Counted from the first letter of the stretch, positions 48,587-57,268 are shown. The stretch is DNA of 64,000 bases from Deinococcus sp. (GCA_965261005.1 OZ253375.1:2080001-2144000); one strand, 5' to 3'. Notes: generated by a model from the letters alone, not told the origin. Translations and numbers: made by a program.

Positions 48587-49200
48587 ATGAAGAATCCCAC
48601 GGCGGGCGCTCAAACTTGCGGCTGGCGCGACACGGGCCGCGTTTTGGCACCATGCCCCACGCCCTCTGCTCACGCCCGTAACCTCGGTCTGCCCTTTTCC
48701 GGTCAGACCGGTTCACACAACGCTATCACCGACGTGCCCGACCTCCACGCCGGGCACGTCATCCTGATCGAGGGTGAGAAGGTGCACACCGGCGTCACGG
48801 CGCTGCTGCCGCGCGGCAAGTTGGCCGGAAAGCGTTCTGTGCCCGCCGCTTGGTTCGCCCTCAACGGCAACGGCGGGATGACCGGCACCGCCTGGACCGA
48901 GGAGTTGGGCTGGCCAGCCCGATCATGCTGACCAACACCCATTCGGTCGGCGTGGTGAGGGACGCGGTTGGTGGCTTGGGGACGGCGACAAGGTTAGGAC
49001 GGGATTTGGAGCCTGCCGGTGGTGGTGGAGACCTACGACGGCCTCCTGAACGACATGGGCGGCTTTCATATCACGGCCGAACACGCTATTCGCGCCTTGG
49101 ACGGCGCCACAAGCGGCCCGGTCTCCTAGGGCAACGTCGGCGGCGGCACCGGCATGATCGTGTCGGGCTTCAAAGGCGATATCGGCACCTCTTCGCGCCC
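48587..49200 (+). pseudogene. DmpA/peptidase S58 pseudogene
   Basis: NAITDVP, TGVTALLP, LNGNGGMTG, PIMLTNTHSVG, LPVVVETYDG, GNVGGGTGM...FKG.IGTSSR spread over different frames; in-frame TAG near 49127; 3' half missing. Confidence 0.85.
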
Positions 49201-49218
49201 GCTGGAGCGGCCTACCCC

Positions 49219-49290
49219 CTGCCCAAGACGCGGGCAGGCCCGATAGGTGCCGTTCTGCCCAAGACGTGGGCAGGCCCGATAGGTGCCGTT
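49219..49290. repeat. Tandem 36-bp repeat (2 copies, plus degenerate third start)
   Basis: CTGCCCAAGACG(C/T)GGGCAGGCCCGATAGGTGCCGTT x2; each unit contains CTGCCC...GGGCAG. Confidence 0.85.
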
Positions 49291-49299
49291 CTGCTCACG

Positions 49300-49377
49300 A
49301 CGCGGAGCGAGTAGAAGAGAGTATGGGATGGCGGAGATGAAAACCTACGTTGGTGCTTTCCCAACATAGGTTAGAAT
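49300..49377 (-). repeat. Small intergenic repeat, copy H, interrupted by the IS (continues 50272-50287)
   Basis: Core GCGGAGCGAGTAG; GTATGGGATGGC pairs with GCCATCCCGTAT on the far side of the IS; inner AACCTACGTTGG/CCAACATAGGTT stem. Confidence 0.7.
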
Positions 49378-50268
49378 AGACCTCTTGCGAAAGTCAGGAG
49401 GGTTGGGCGCGGGTAAGGTTACAGAGGGCGGCGATGAGCTGAACCCGAAGGGCAAAGCGACGCCGCCGATGTCGGTAGACGCCCTTGAGCACCCGAAAGA
49501 CCTTCATGCGACGGATGACGTGTTCGATTCCTTGGCGGGTATAGGCCAGCACCCGGTTTTCTCGACGCTGCTCTTTGGTCAACGGCTTGGACTTGGTCGC
49601 CTTATGCGTGGTGATGGCGTGCCCGTGGCTTCTCCACAAACCCTGATACCCCGCATCCCCGATCAGGGCCGTGTCATGAGGAAACCGTACCCCAGACTGC
49701 CGAAACAGCTTGAGATCATGGATGGCTCCAGCACTCGTCGCCGTGCCCAGGATGTGCTGAGTCACGGTACAGATCAGGACTTGGAACTTCAAGGTGTGCC
49801 GCTTCTTCTTGCCGCTGTACCAGCGGCGCTGCTTTTTTTGGGTCGTTCACACGGCACTTCGGACGCATCGACGGCCACGATGCTGTAGACCGTCTGCGCT
49901 TGCTGGAACACGCGCTTTCTAGGCATCTGGAACTGCTGGCTGGCGATCAGGGCTTCTTCGACACGTTCCACCGTGCGGTGCACCGTGGTCTCATGGACGC
50001 CCCAGTCGTCACCCAGGTGCGCGAAGGTGCGGTACTCGCGCCAGAATTCCAGTGTCATCAGAAGTTGTTCAGCCACCCTGAGCGCGGCTGGACGACCAGA
50101 TTTCTTCTTCTGTCCTTCTCGCTCGATCAGCACCGCTTCCATCTGGGCGAAGGTTTCGGGATACACCCCGGTGCGTCGGCGGAACTGCTTGCGGTTCATC
50201 TTCAGTGTCCGTCTCAGGCGATCTCGCTCCACCCCTTGAGCTTAACCCACGACTTTCGCAAGAGGTCT
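49378..50268 (-). mobile_element. Complete 891-bp IS5-family (ISL2/IS1381-like) insertion sequence
   Basis: Perfect 18-bp TIRs AGACCTCTTGCGAAAGTC / GACTTTCGCAAGAGGTCT; AAT direct repeats at 49375-49377 and 50269-50271; two-ORF transposase. Confidence 0.93.
49394..50232 (-). CDS. IS5-family transposase, OrfA/OrfB joined by a probable -1 frameshift
   Basis: OrfA FRRRTGV...LEFWREYRT...VDASE; slippery CCCAAAAAAAG at 49832-49842; -1 frame continues QRRWYSGKKKRHTLK...HDLKLF...GDAGYQG...IEHV. Confidence 0.9.
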
Positions 50269-50327
50269 AATCAAAGCCATCCCGTATAAGGCTCTCAAGA
50301 CTAAGTCTGTGTACTTTGGGTACGTTT

Positions 50328-50462
50328 ATACGGATTCCGCTTCTTTCCTCAACATCGGCAAAAGAACCCGACGCTGCTCCAGACCGCGAAACTCGTATCC
50401 TTTTCCTCTCCGCCCCGCTGGAAATGGAGTCCCCGAAGCTGACTCCATTTCCGGAATCCGTA
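50328..50462 (+). repeat. Small intergenic repeat, copy I
   Basis: ATACGGATTCCG...CGGAATCCGTA ends; core CTCTCCGCCCCGCTGG; GGAAATGGAGTC/GACTCCATTTCC hairpin. Confidence 0.9.
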
Positions 50463-50960
50463 CTACTTCAGCTCGGCCGCCGCAAAGGCGACGCTGAACT
50501 GGTCGCACCACAGCACCACGCTCTTGTATTTGCTCAAATCGGTGCCCGCCGGAATGGCGACGCTGGCCGTCTTCGCGTCGGTCTTGAGGGTGCCCAAATC
50601 GAGGTAGGGCTGCTTTTTGAGGTCGCCCTTGGCCTCGGTCGGCACGCCGCTGAACAGCCAGATGTGCAGGTCCGGGGCCGGCTCGGTCTTGAAGTCGCTC
50701 AGCTTGAGGGTGTAGCCCGCGCCCGCCTTGGCGATGCGGACGCTGCCGGTGGTGGGGGCGTCCAGGCTCTTGAAGGTGCCGCCCAGGTTCGCCATGCCCA
50801 TCACCTCGCCGGGCTTGGCCGGGGCGGCGCTGGATTGGGCGGTCTTGGACTGGGCGGTCTTGGACTGGGCGGTTTTGGCCGGGGCATTGCCTTGGGCGGC
50901 GGCCACGGCGGGAACGAGCAGGGTGGAAACGGCCAGCGCGAGAATCAGGGGGGTTTTCAT
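50463..50960 (-). CDS. Secreted DM13-domain protein
   Basis: Signal peptide; KTAQS x3 linker; FKTEPAPDLHIWL, LDLGTLK, DLSKYKSVVLWCDQFSVAFAAAEL. Confidence 0.9.
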   Translation of the reverse strand: MKTPLILALAVSTLLVPAVAAAQGNAPAKTAQSKTAQSKTAQSSAAPAKPGEVMGMANLGGTFKSLDAPTTGSVRIAKAGAGYTLKLSDFKTEPAPDLHIWLFSGVPTEAKGDLKKQPYLDLGTLKTDAKTASVAIPAGTDLSKYKSVVLWCDQFSVAFAAAELK

Positions 50961-51021
50961 GGTGTGGCTCCTTGGAAGCAGAGAGAGGGTTTGGAAAGGG
51001 GGCGGACGTTGTGCGAGTTCG

Positions 51022-51597
51022 CTAGCCGCCTTGCGGCTTGAGCACAAAGGAGACGTCGAGGGTGGTGGTCTGGTCGGCGCCCGTGACCACGACGCCGTGG
51101 TCTTTCGGCTGCACCTTAAACTGGGTCCTCACCTCGACGTTTTCGCCGCGCCGGGTGAGCTTGATGGGGGCCGTGAGCGGGCGCTCCACGCCTTTCAGGC
51201 TGATCAGGCCGCTGGCGGTCGCGCTGACGATCTGGCCTTCGGGCAGGCTCCGCGCGCCGCTGAGCTGCTTGAGGGTGAACACCACGTTGGGAAACTGGTC
51301 GGCGCCGAGCGCCTCCCTGGCGTGGCGGTCGCGCAGCGCGATGCCGGTCTTGAGGTCGTCCAGCTTGACCGTGATGATGGCGCTGGCCCCCGCGAGGTTC
51401 TGCGGATCGAAGCTGGCCTGGGCGCTTAGATCGCCCAAGTCGCCCGACACCGGAATCAGGGTCACGCGGTAATCGAAGTGGGCCTTGGCGCCGCCCGCCG
51501 CCGTGTAGCTGGCGCCTTGGGCGGTGGCCACGCTGCTCAGCAGCGGCAGTCCCAGCAGCGTCAAACCTAGAACTGCGCTTTTGTTTGGTCTCCTCAT
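51022..51597 (-). CDS. Secreted YceI-family protein
   Basis: Signal peptide; LKTGIALRDRH, FPNVVF, GLISLKGVERP; AGGAGG RBS. Confidence 0.88.
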   Translation of the reverse strand: MRRPNKSAVLGLTLLGLPLLSSVATAQGASYTAAGGAKAHFDYRVTLIPVSGDLGDLSAQASFDPQNLAGASAIITVKLDDLKTGIALRDRHAREALGADQFPNVVFTLKQLSGARSLPEGQIVSATASGLISLKGVERPLTAPIKLTRRGENVEVRTQFKVQPKDHGVVVTGADQTTTLDVSFVLKPQGG

Positions 51598-51630
51598 CTG
51601 TCCTCCTTGAACGGCTTACCCCGGTTCAAA

Positions 51631-51657
51631 TGAACTTCCGCCCCGCCCCCACACGTA
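51631..51657 (+). promoter_or_regulatory. Candidate ECF-sigma promoter GAACTT-N16-CGTA
   Basis: AAC/CGT bipartite motif typical of ECF promoters, directly upstream of the sigma gene. Confidence 0.5.
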
Positions 51658-51673
51658 CCCCTTTTAGAACTTC

Positions 51674-52303
51674 ATGACCTACGCGATGCCCATGCCCAGA
51701 AAAAACACGTTCTCCGCTAGAGTGAGCGAGATGGTGTCGCCCCCAGATGCCGAATTGGTCGCCCGTTTGCTGCGGCGCGACGAGTCCGCCCTCGGCGCGC
51801 TCTACGACCGCCACTCGGGCGCCATGTACGGCCTCGCGCTCAAGCTGCTCTCGGACGCGGACGCCGCCCAGGAGGTGGTGCAGGACGCCTTTTTGAACTT
51901 GTGGGAGCGCCCGGGCCGCTTCGATGCGGGGCGCGCCGAGTTGCGCGCTTACTTCCTGGTGGTGGTGCGCAGCCGCTCGCTCGACCGCCTGCGGCGCGAA
52001 AAGGGCCATTTGCCGCTCTTCAGCGAGGAGGGCGACGAGTTTCCGATGCCCGACGAGCGCGTGGACTTGCAGGGTGCGGCCGAGCAGGTCGCGCTGTCCG
52101 GTCAGGTGCGCGCCGCGCTGGTGGGCCTGAGCGCCGCGCACCGCGAGACGGTGGAGCGGGCCTACTTCGGGGACCAGTCGCGCGAGGAGATCGCCGAGGT
52201 GATGGGCGTGCCGGTGGGCACGGTCAAGAGCCGCCTGAAGTACGCGCTGGACAAGTTGAGGGGCGTGCTGGTCAGCCGGGACGCGGTGGGGTGGGACGAA
52301 TGA
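51674..52303 (+). CDS. ECF RNA polymerase sigma factor
   Basis: ALGALYDRH, AQEVVQDAF, EEIAEVMGVPVGTVKSRL; start may be 51731. Confidence 0.92.
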   Translation: MTYAMPMPRKNTFSARVSEMVSPPDAELVARLLRRDESALGALYDRHSGAMYGLALKLLSDADAAQEVVQDAFLNLWERPGRFDAGRAELRAYFLVVVRSRSLDRLRREKGHLPLFSEEGDEFPMPDERVDLQGAAEQVALSGQVRAALVGLSAAHRETVERAYFGDQSREEIAEVMGVPVGTVKSRLKYALDKLRGVLVSRDAVGWDE

Positions 52304-53496
52304 GGGACGAACCCATGACCTGCTCTCAGGTGCGTGAGGCGCTGGAGGACGCGCTGCTGTACGGCGGCCCGCTGCCGGCGGAAGCGCGCGCCCACTTGGA
52401 GGACTGCCCGGACTGCCGCGAGTTGGCCCGTGAGTTGGGCGGCCTGAACGCGGCCCTGCTGGGGAGTGTGCCCGAGGTGGCGCCGCCGCCGCAGCTGAGA
52501 ACGCGCGTGCTGGCGGCGGCCCGCGCCCAAAGTCGGCTTGAGCGTACCGCCGCGCGCCGCCGCACGTGGACCCTCGGCGCCGGCCTGGCCGCCGCGCTGG
52601 CGCTGGCGGTCTGGTGGCCGCAGCACGCCGGCACCGCCAGCGCGGCGGGCCTGCCCGACCCGGCAGTGGTGGTCTCGCTGGGCGACACCTTGGTGGTCGC
52701 CAACAACGTCGCCGGCGCGGCCCCGGTCAGCTTGGTCAGTCCGGCGGGCAAGGTGACCCCGGTGAAGCTGACCACGCCCCAACCGGCCTGGTTCACCGAG
52801 GGCGTGCGCGCGGGCCACCTGGTTTACCTGGCCGACGCCGGCAACAACCGCGTGGTGGTGCTGGACGCGAACAGCGGCCGAGTGGTGGCCGAGCATCCCA
52901 TGTCGGGCGGCGTGGCGGGCCTCGCCGTGGTGAACGGGCAGGTGATCTGTAAGATGGCGGACGGCACGCTGGGACCGCTGCACGGCGCCATGCAGCGGGT
53001 CGCGCCTGGGGTCAAAACACCCCTGGTGGACGTGATGGACGCGGTGGCGGCGCGCGGGAAGACCCTCTACGTCACCCACCACGCCCAGGGCGAGGTGCTG
53101 CTGCTGGACCAGGCCAGCCTGACCGTCAAGCGCCGCGTGCGTCTCGGCGGCGCGCCGGTCGCCCTCGCGGTCACGCGGGACGGCGTGCTGGCCCTCGACA
53201 CCGCCGGCGGCCAGCTGATTTGGCTGAGCGAGGCGGGCGACGTGACCCGGCGCGTGGCGCTTGCGGGCCATCCCGACAAGCTGGCGCTGTCCGGCGACTC
53301 GGCCTACGTCAGCGACCGGGCCGGGCGGGTGACGCGTGTCAACCTCGCCAGCGGCCGTCAACTCAGCAAGACCTTCGACCACCCCATGGACCTCGCGACC
53401 ATGCCAGGCGGCCACCTCGCCCTCGCGGACGGGGACGGCGGCCTCAAGATTCTGGACGCCGACCTGGACGTGATGCACACCTACGGCGGGCGCTGA
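52300..53496 (+). CDS. Zinc-finger anti-sigma factor with TM helix and extracytoplasmic beta-propeller
   Basis: ATGA overlap with sigma; HLEDCPDC (HxxxCxxC); PPPQLRTRVL; one TM; repeated VYLAD/LYVT/AYVSD blades. Confidence 0.82.
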   Translation: MRDEPMTCSQVREALEDALLYGGPLPAEARAHLEDCPDCRELARELGGLNAALLGSVPEVAPPPQLRTRVLAAARAQSRLERTAARRRTWTLGAGLAAALALAVWWPQHAGTASAAGLPDPAVVVSLGDTLVVANNVAGAAPVSLVSPAGKVTPVKLTTPQPAWFTEGVRAGHLVYLADAGNNRVVVLDANSGRVVAEHPMSGGVAGLAVVNGQVICKMADGTLGPLHGAMQRVAPGVKTPLVDVMDAVAARGKTLYVTHHAQGEVLLLDQASLTVKRRVRLGGAPVALAVTRDGVLALDTAGGQLIWLSEAGDVTRRVALAGHPDKLALSGDSAYVSDRAGRVTRVNLASGRQLSKTFDHPMDLATMPGGHLALADGDGGLKILDADLDVMHTYGGR

Positions 53497-53516
53497 GCCG
53501 TAAGAATTGGGCCATA

Positions 53517-53555
53517 AGAAGCGGGGGAAGTCCTTGAAAGACTTCCCCCGCTTCT
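53517..53555. terminator. Bidirectional terminator hairpin
   Basis: Perfect 16-bp IR AGAAGCGGGGGAAGTC/GACTTCCCCCGCTTCT between convergent genes. Confidence 0.82.
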
Positions 53556-53575
53556 CTTGTCATCTTGTCAAGGCG

Positions 53576-54022
53576 TCAAATATTGGCCGGCTCGTCGTCA
53601 CTGGGCCGGAACGCCTTGGGCGCCAGCTTGGCGACCGAGAGCCAGAAGCGCTCAAAGGAGCGCACCACGTCCAGGAACTCCGGCAAGCTGACCGGCTTGG
53701 GCACGTAGGCGTTGGCGTGCAAGTTGTAGCTGCGCCACACGTCCGTATCGGCCAGGGAAGTCGTGAGCACCACCACCGGAATGTTGCGCAGGGTGTCGTG
53801 CGCCTTGAGTTCGCGCAGCACGTCCAGCCCGTTCATGCGCGGCATGTTGAGGTCGAGCAAAATCACGTCCGGGGTGGGCGCGTCCTCGCGCTGCAAGAAT
53901 TCCATCGCCTCGACGCCGTCGCGCGCCACGTGAATGCGCCCCTTCACCGCCGCTTCCTCAAAGGCCAGCTGCGTCAGCATCACGTCGGCCTCGCTGTCGT
54001 CCACGAGCAAGATGTCAATCAT
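53576..54022 (-). CDS. Single-domain response regulator (Rcp/BphR-like)
   Basis: ILLVDDSEAD, PDVILLDLNMPRMNG, PVVVLTTS, SYNLHANAYVPKP, FWL. Confidence 0.9.
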   Translation of the reverse strand: MIDILLVDDSEADVMLTQLAFEEAAVKGRIHVARDGVEAMEFLQREDAPTPDVILLDLNMPRMNGLDVLRELKAHDTLRNIPVVVLTTSLADTDVWRSYNLHANAYVPKPVSLPEFLDVVRSFERFWLSVAKLAPKAFRPSDDEPANI

Positions 54023-54302
54023 GGTGAACCCTCCCAAACGGCCCGCAGGCGGACGTTTTTCTCCTGCCCAAGATAACGTCTTTTCCCAAACGGCACAAAA
54101 AAGGACCCCCGCGCGTGGGGGGCCGAACTCGGGTATGCCGCTCTATGCTCAGCCGCTCTATGTCCAAAGGTCTATGCCCGGACATAGGTCTTTGGGCAGT
54201 TCTCCGCCGGCGCGCCCGACCGTACCGTGATGCCAACCCAAGCGGCGAACCAAACAGAAGCGCGCGGGGCCAAGGAGAGAGGAAATGAAAAAAGGATTGC
54301 TC

Positions 54303-54336
54303 ATACGGATTCTAGAAACGCGGAGCGGATGGGAAA
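54303..54336. repeat. Collapsed small-repeat remnant, copy J
   Basis: ATACGGATTC joined to CGGAGCGGATGGGAAA (reverse core). Confidence 0.55.
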
Positions 54337-54508
54337 GGCTACCGCCTACCGTGTGACGTACCGCCAGCAAGGCCAGCAGATCGTCGCCGATCAAACCCTG
54401 ACCTTTAAAAAGGACGTCGTGCAGCCGCAGGAATACGAGCAATTCCGCGAGCAACTGCTGAGCGCGGTGCGCGCCGCCGAGGCCCAACTGCTGCTCGAAA
54501 AGGAGTAG
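54329..54508 (+). pseudogene. 3' remnant resembling the C-terminus of DUF3857/DUF3858 transglutaminase-like proteins
   Basis: YRVTYRQQG...LTFKKDVVQPQEYEQFREQL...QLLLEK; the only nearby ATG lies inside repeat remnant J. Confidence 0.5.
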
Positions 54509-54550
54509 CGCGCCGTTTGTGCCCCCGCAAGCCAGCATTGCGGGGGCACA

Positions 54551-55966
54551 ATGGCGTTCATGTGGAACAGCACCTACCGCCGAACCGTCCTGGACCCCGA
54601 CTACCTTTACGCCCGCGAACACCTGCTGCCGCACTTCTTCGACGCCCTGAGCGCGCACGTCACGATGCTGGATTCTCTCGGCGTTCCGCACGCCGGCGCG
54701 GCGCTGACGGTTCTGCGGGCCATGCGCGCCCGGCCCTTCCCGCCCCCCGACCCCGCCGTCGAGGACGTGTTCTTCACGATAGACCGCCAACTTGCCGGGG
54801 AGAACCTGGGCGCCGCCGGGGCGCTGCGCACCGCCCTGTCACGCAACGACCTCGACATGACGGTGTACCGCCTGAGCGCGCGTGAAGCCTGCCTGGGCGC
54901 CCAAGGTGAAGTGCTGGCCCTGCGCGCGGCGCTGCTGGAGCTTGCCGGGCGCGAGGCTGAGACCGTGATCGTCGCCCACACCCACCACCAGCCCGCCCAA
55001 CCGACCACGCTGGCGCACTACCTCTGCGCGCTGGAGAACGTGCTGTCGCGCGACACGGGGCGGCTGGAGAACGCCCTCGCGCGGGTGAATTTGTCGCCGA
55101 TGGGCGCGGTGGCGCTGGCCGGCAGCGGCTTTCCCCTCGACCGCGACCTGACCGCGCGCCTCTTGGCCTTTGACCGGCCCGTCGAAAATACCTATGACGC
55201 CGTTTCCGCCGGCGACTGGCAAGTGGAGTTGGCCGGCGCGGTGACGACCTGCGCCACCACGCTGTCGCGCGCCCTGTATGACCTGCTGCTGTGGGCGTCG
55301 CGCGGCCTGCTCACGCTGGCGGACGGCTTGGTGCAGGGATCGAGCGTGATGCCGCAGAAGCGCAACCCGGTCGCGCTGGAGCACGCCCGCACCAAGTTGG
55401 GCCGGGCGCTGGGCGGGGCGCAAAGCGTGATTTTCTGCGCCCACAACGTTCCCTTCGGTGACGTGAACGACGTCGGCGCGGACGTGCAGCCGGCCCTGCA
55501 CGCCATGTGGCGCGAGTTCGGCGAGGCGCTGGAATTGCTGACCGTCTCGCTGGAGGCGCCGCACCTTGACCGCGACGCTTGGCTGAGAGAAGCCCAGTCC
55601 GGCGAGAGCGCCGTGACCGAGCTGGCCGACGCCCTCACCCGGCACGCGGGCGGCGACTTTCGCGCCGGGCACCGCGCGGCGCGGCAACTACTGGAAGCGT
55701 TGCGCGAACAGGGCCGCCCCCTGTCGAGCGCGACGGCCGCCGACTTGGCCGAGATCGGTTGGGACGTGCCGCAGGACCTCATCTCGGACGCCCTCGACCC
55801 GCGCGCCTTTGTCGCTCGGCGGCAAACTTTTGGCGGCCCGGCGCCGGACGTGGTGCGCGCCCACCTGGCGTTCGCGGGGGCGCGTCTTGCTCGGGATTTC
55901 GAGACACGTCAAGCCTGGAAAGAACGGCTCGCCGCCGCCCGCTCGGTTCTATCGGGCGCTTCATAA
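54551..55966 (+). CDS. Argininosuccinate-lyase-like C-N lyase (aspartase/fumarase superfamily)
   Basis: SRNDL, HTHHQPAQP, SPMGAVALAG, GSSVMPQKRNP; divergent from canonical ArgH N-terminus. Confidence 0.85.
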   Translation: MAFMWNSTYRRTVLDPDYLYAREHLLPHFFDALSAHVTMLDSLGVPHAGAALTVLRAMRARPFPPPDPAVEDVFFTIDRQLAGENLGAAGALRTALSRNDLDMTVYRLSAREACLGAQGEVLALRAALLELAGREAETVIVAHTHHQPAQPTTLAHYLCALENVLSRDTGRLENALARVNLSPMGAVALAGSGFPLDRDLTARLLAFDRPVENTYDAVSAGDWQVELAGAVTTCATTLSRALYDLLLWASRGLLTLADGLVQGSSVMPQKRNPVALEHARTKLGRALGGAQSVIFCAHNVPFGDVNDVGADVQPALHAMWREFGEALELLTVSLEAPHLDRDAWLREAQSGESAVTELADALTRHAGGDFRAGHRAARQLLEALREQGRPLSSATAADLAEIGWDVPQDLISDALDPRAFVARRQTFGGPAPDVVRAHLAFAGARLARDFETRQAWKERLAAARSVLSGAS

Positions 55967-56023
55967 CGTAGAGACCAATGAACGGCTGCCCACTCGCCTA
56001 GAATCCGCTTCTCAGGAGGCTCC

Positions 56024-57268
56024 ATGAAGAAACTCGCGCTGCTGTTCACCGCCGCCCTCGCTGGCTCGGCCGCCGCCGCCCCCGTCACCATCACCTACTG
56101 GCAGTACGACTACGCCAGCAAGGTTGAGACCATGAACCGCTTGATCCAGCAGTTCGAGGCGCAGAATCCCAATATCACCGTCAAGCAGGAGACTTTTCCC
56201 TACGACGCCTACAGCCAGAAGGTCGCGACCAGCGTGCCCACCGGGCAGGGGCCGGACGTGGTGAACCTCTACTATGGTTGGCTGCCGCAGTACGTCAAGG
56301 CCGGCTACCTGCAACCCCTGCCCGCCAAGGACTTTCCCACGCGCGAGATCGAGTCGAACTACGCCCCGATGGTCAAGGTGAGCGAGCAGAACGGCAAGTT
56401 CTACGCGCTGCCCACCGCCGTGCGGACCTTGGCGCTGTTTTACAACAAGGACCTCTTCAAGCAGGCGGGCATCACCCAGCCGCCGCGCACCTGGGACGAC
56501 TTCATCAAGGACGCCCAGAAGATCGTCAAGGGGACGCCGCCGCGCTTCCAGACGCTGGGCTTCGGCATCCAGCCCAACGGGCAGGACTACCACGTGCTGC
56601 GCGAAGTCTTGCTGCGGCAGTTCGGCGGTCAGCCTTACAGCAAGGACGGCTCGCAGGTGACGTACAACAGCGACGCGGGCGTGAAGGCCATGACCTTTTA
56701 CACCGACCTCTACACCAAGTACAAGCTGGGCGTGCCCAACTTTTTCCCCGGCGACAACAGCTACCGTGACGCCTTTATCGCCGGCAAGGTCGGCATGATC
56801 GTAGACGGCTCCTTTGCGGTCGGGACCATCACCAAGGGGGCCAAGTTCGATTGGGGCGTGGCGCCGCTGCCGGTCCTGAAGCAAGGCGGGACGCGCGCCA
56901 ACTTCGGCTCGTATTGGGTGAACGGCATCACCAAGAACGCCACCGGCGACAAGCTGGACGCCTCGGTCAAGTTCCTCAAGTTCCTGACCAGCGACGCGAC
57001 CCAGCGCGAGTGGCTGAAAAGTGTCGGCGAGCTGCCCGCCAGCCGCAAGCTCGCCAACGACCCGGCCCTGCGCAAGGACCCCGTCTACGGCCCCTTCGTG
57101 TATGGCCTGCCCTTCGCGTCCTCCACCGTCTTCGTGGACGAGGCCGGCCAGCGCAAGGCTTGGGTGGACGCCATCAACACCGTTCTCTTGCAAGGCAAGA
57201 CCCCCGAGAGCGCCGTCAAGCAGGCGGCGGCGAGCGAGCAGAAGATCCTCGACGGTTACTACAAGTAA
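56024..57268 (+). CDS. Sugar-type (family 1) ABC substrate-binding protein
   Basis: AGGAGG RBS; signal peptide; FEAQNPNITVK, GPDV, LFYNKDLFKQAG, PPRTWDD, FIAGKVGM. Confidence 0.9.
   Translation: MKKLALLFTAALAGSAAAAPVTITYWQYDYASKVETMNRLIQQFEAQNPNITVKQETFPYDAYSQKVATSVPTGQGPDVVNLYYGWLPQYVKAGYLQPLPAKDFPTREIESNYAPMVKVSEQNGKFYALPTAVRTLALFYNKDLFKQAGITQPPRTWDDFIKDAQKIVKGTPPRFQTLGFGIQPNGQDYHVLREVLLRQFGGQPYSKDGSQVTYNSDAGVKAMTFYTDLYTKYKLGVPNFFPGDNSYRDAFIAGKVGMIVDGSFAVGTITKGAKFDWGVAPLPVLKQGGTRANFGSYWVNGITKNATGDKLDASVKFLKFLTSDATQREWLKSVGELPASRKLANDPALRKDPVYGPFVYGLPFASSTVFVDEAGQRKAWVDAINTVLLQGKTPESAVKQAAASEQKILDGYYK

Noticed and set aside
49219..49290. Possible CRISPR array (36-bp palindromic repeats)
   Set aside because: The units are directly adjacent with no spacers, there are only two copies, and no cas genes are present.
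50835..50880. 15-bp tandem repeat x3
   Set aside because: In-frame KTAQS linker repeat inside the DM13 gene; ordinary low-complexity coding sequence.
50316..51041. ORFs translating through the small repeats (IRIPLLSSTS..., TDSASFLN...)
   Set aside because: The recurrent peptides come from the non-coding repeat sequence, not from a protein family.
55955..55971. Radiation/desiccation response motif (RDRM)-like sequence
   Set aside because: Only a half-site resemblance (CTACGTTATG on the minus strand); I saw no convincing 17-bp palindrome anywhere in the window by eye.
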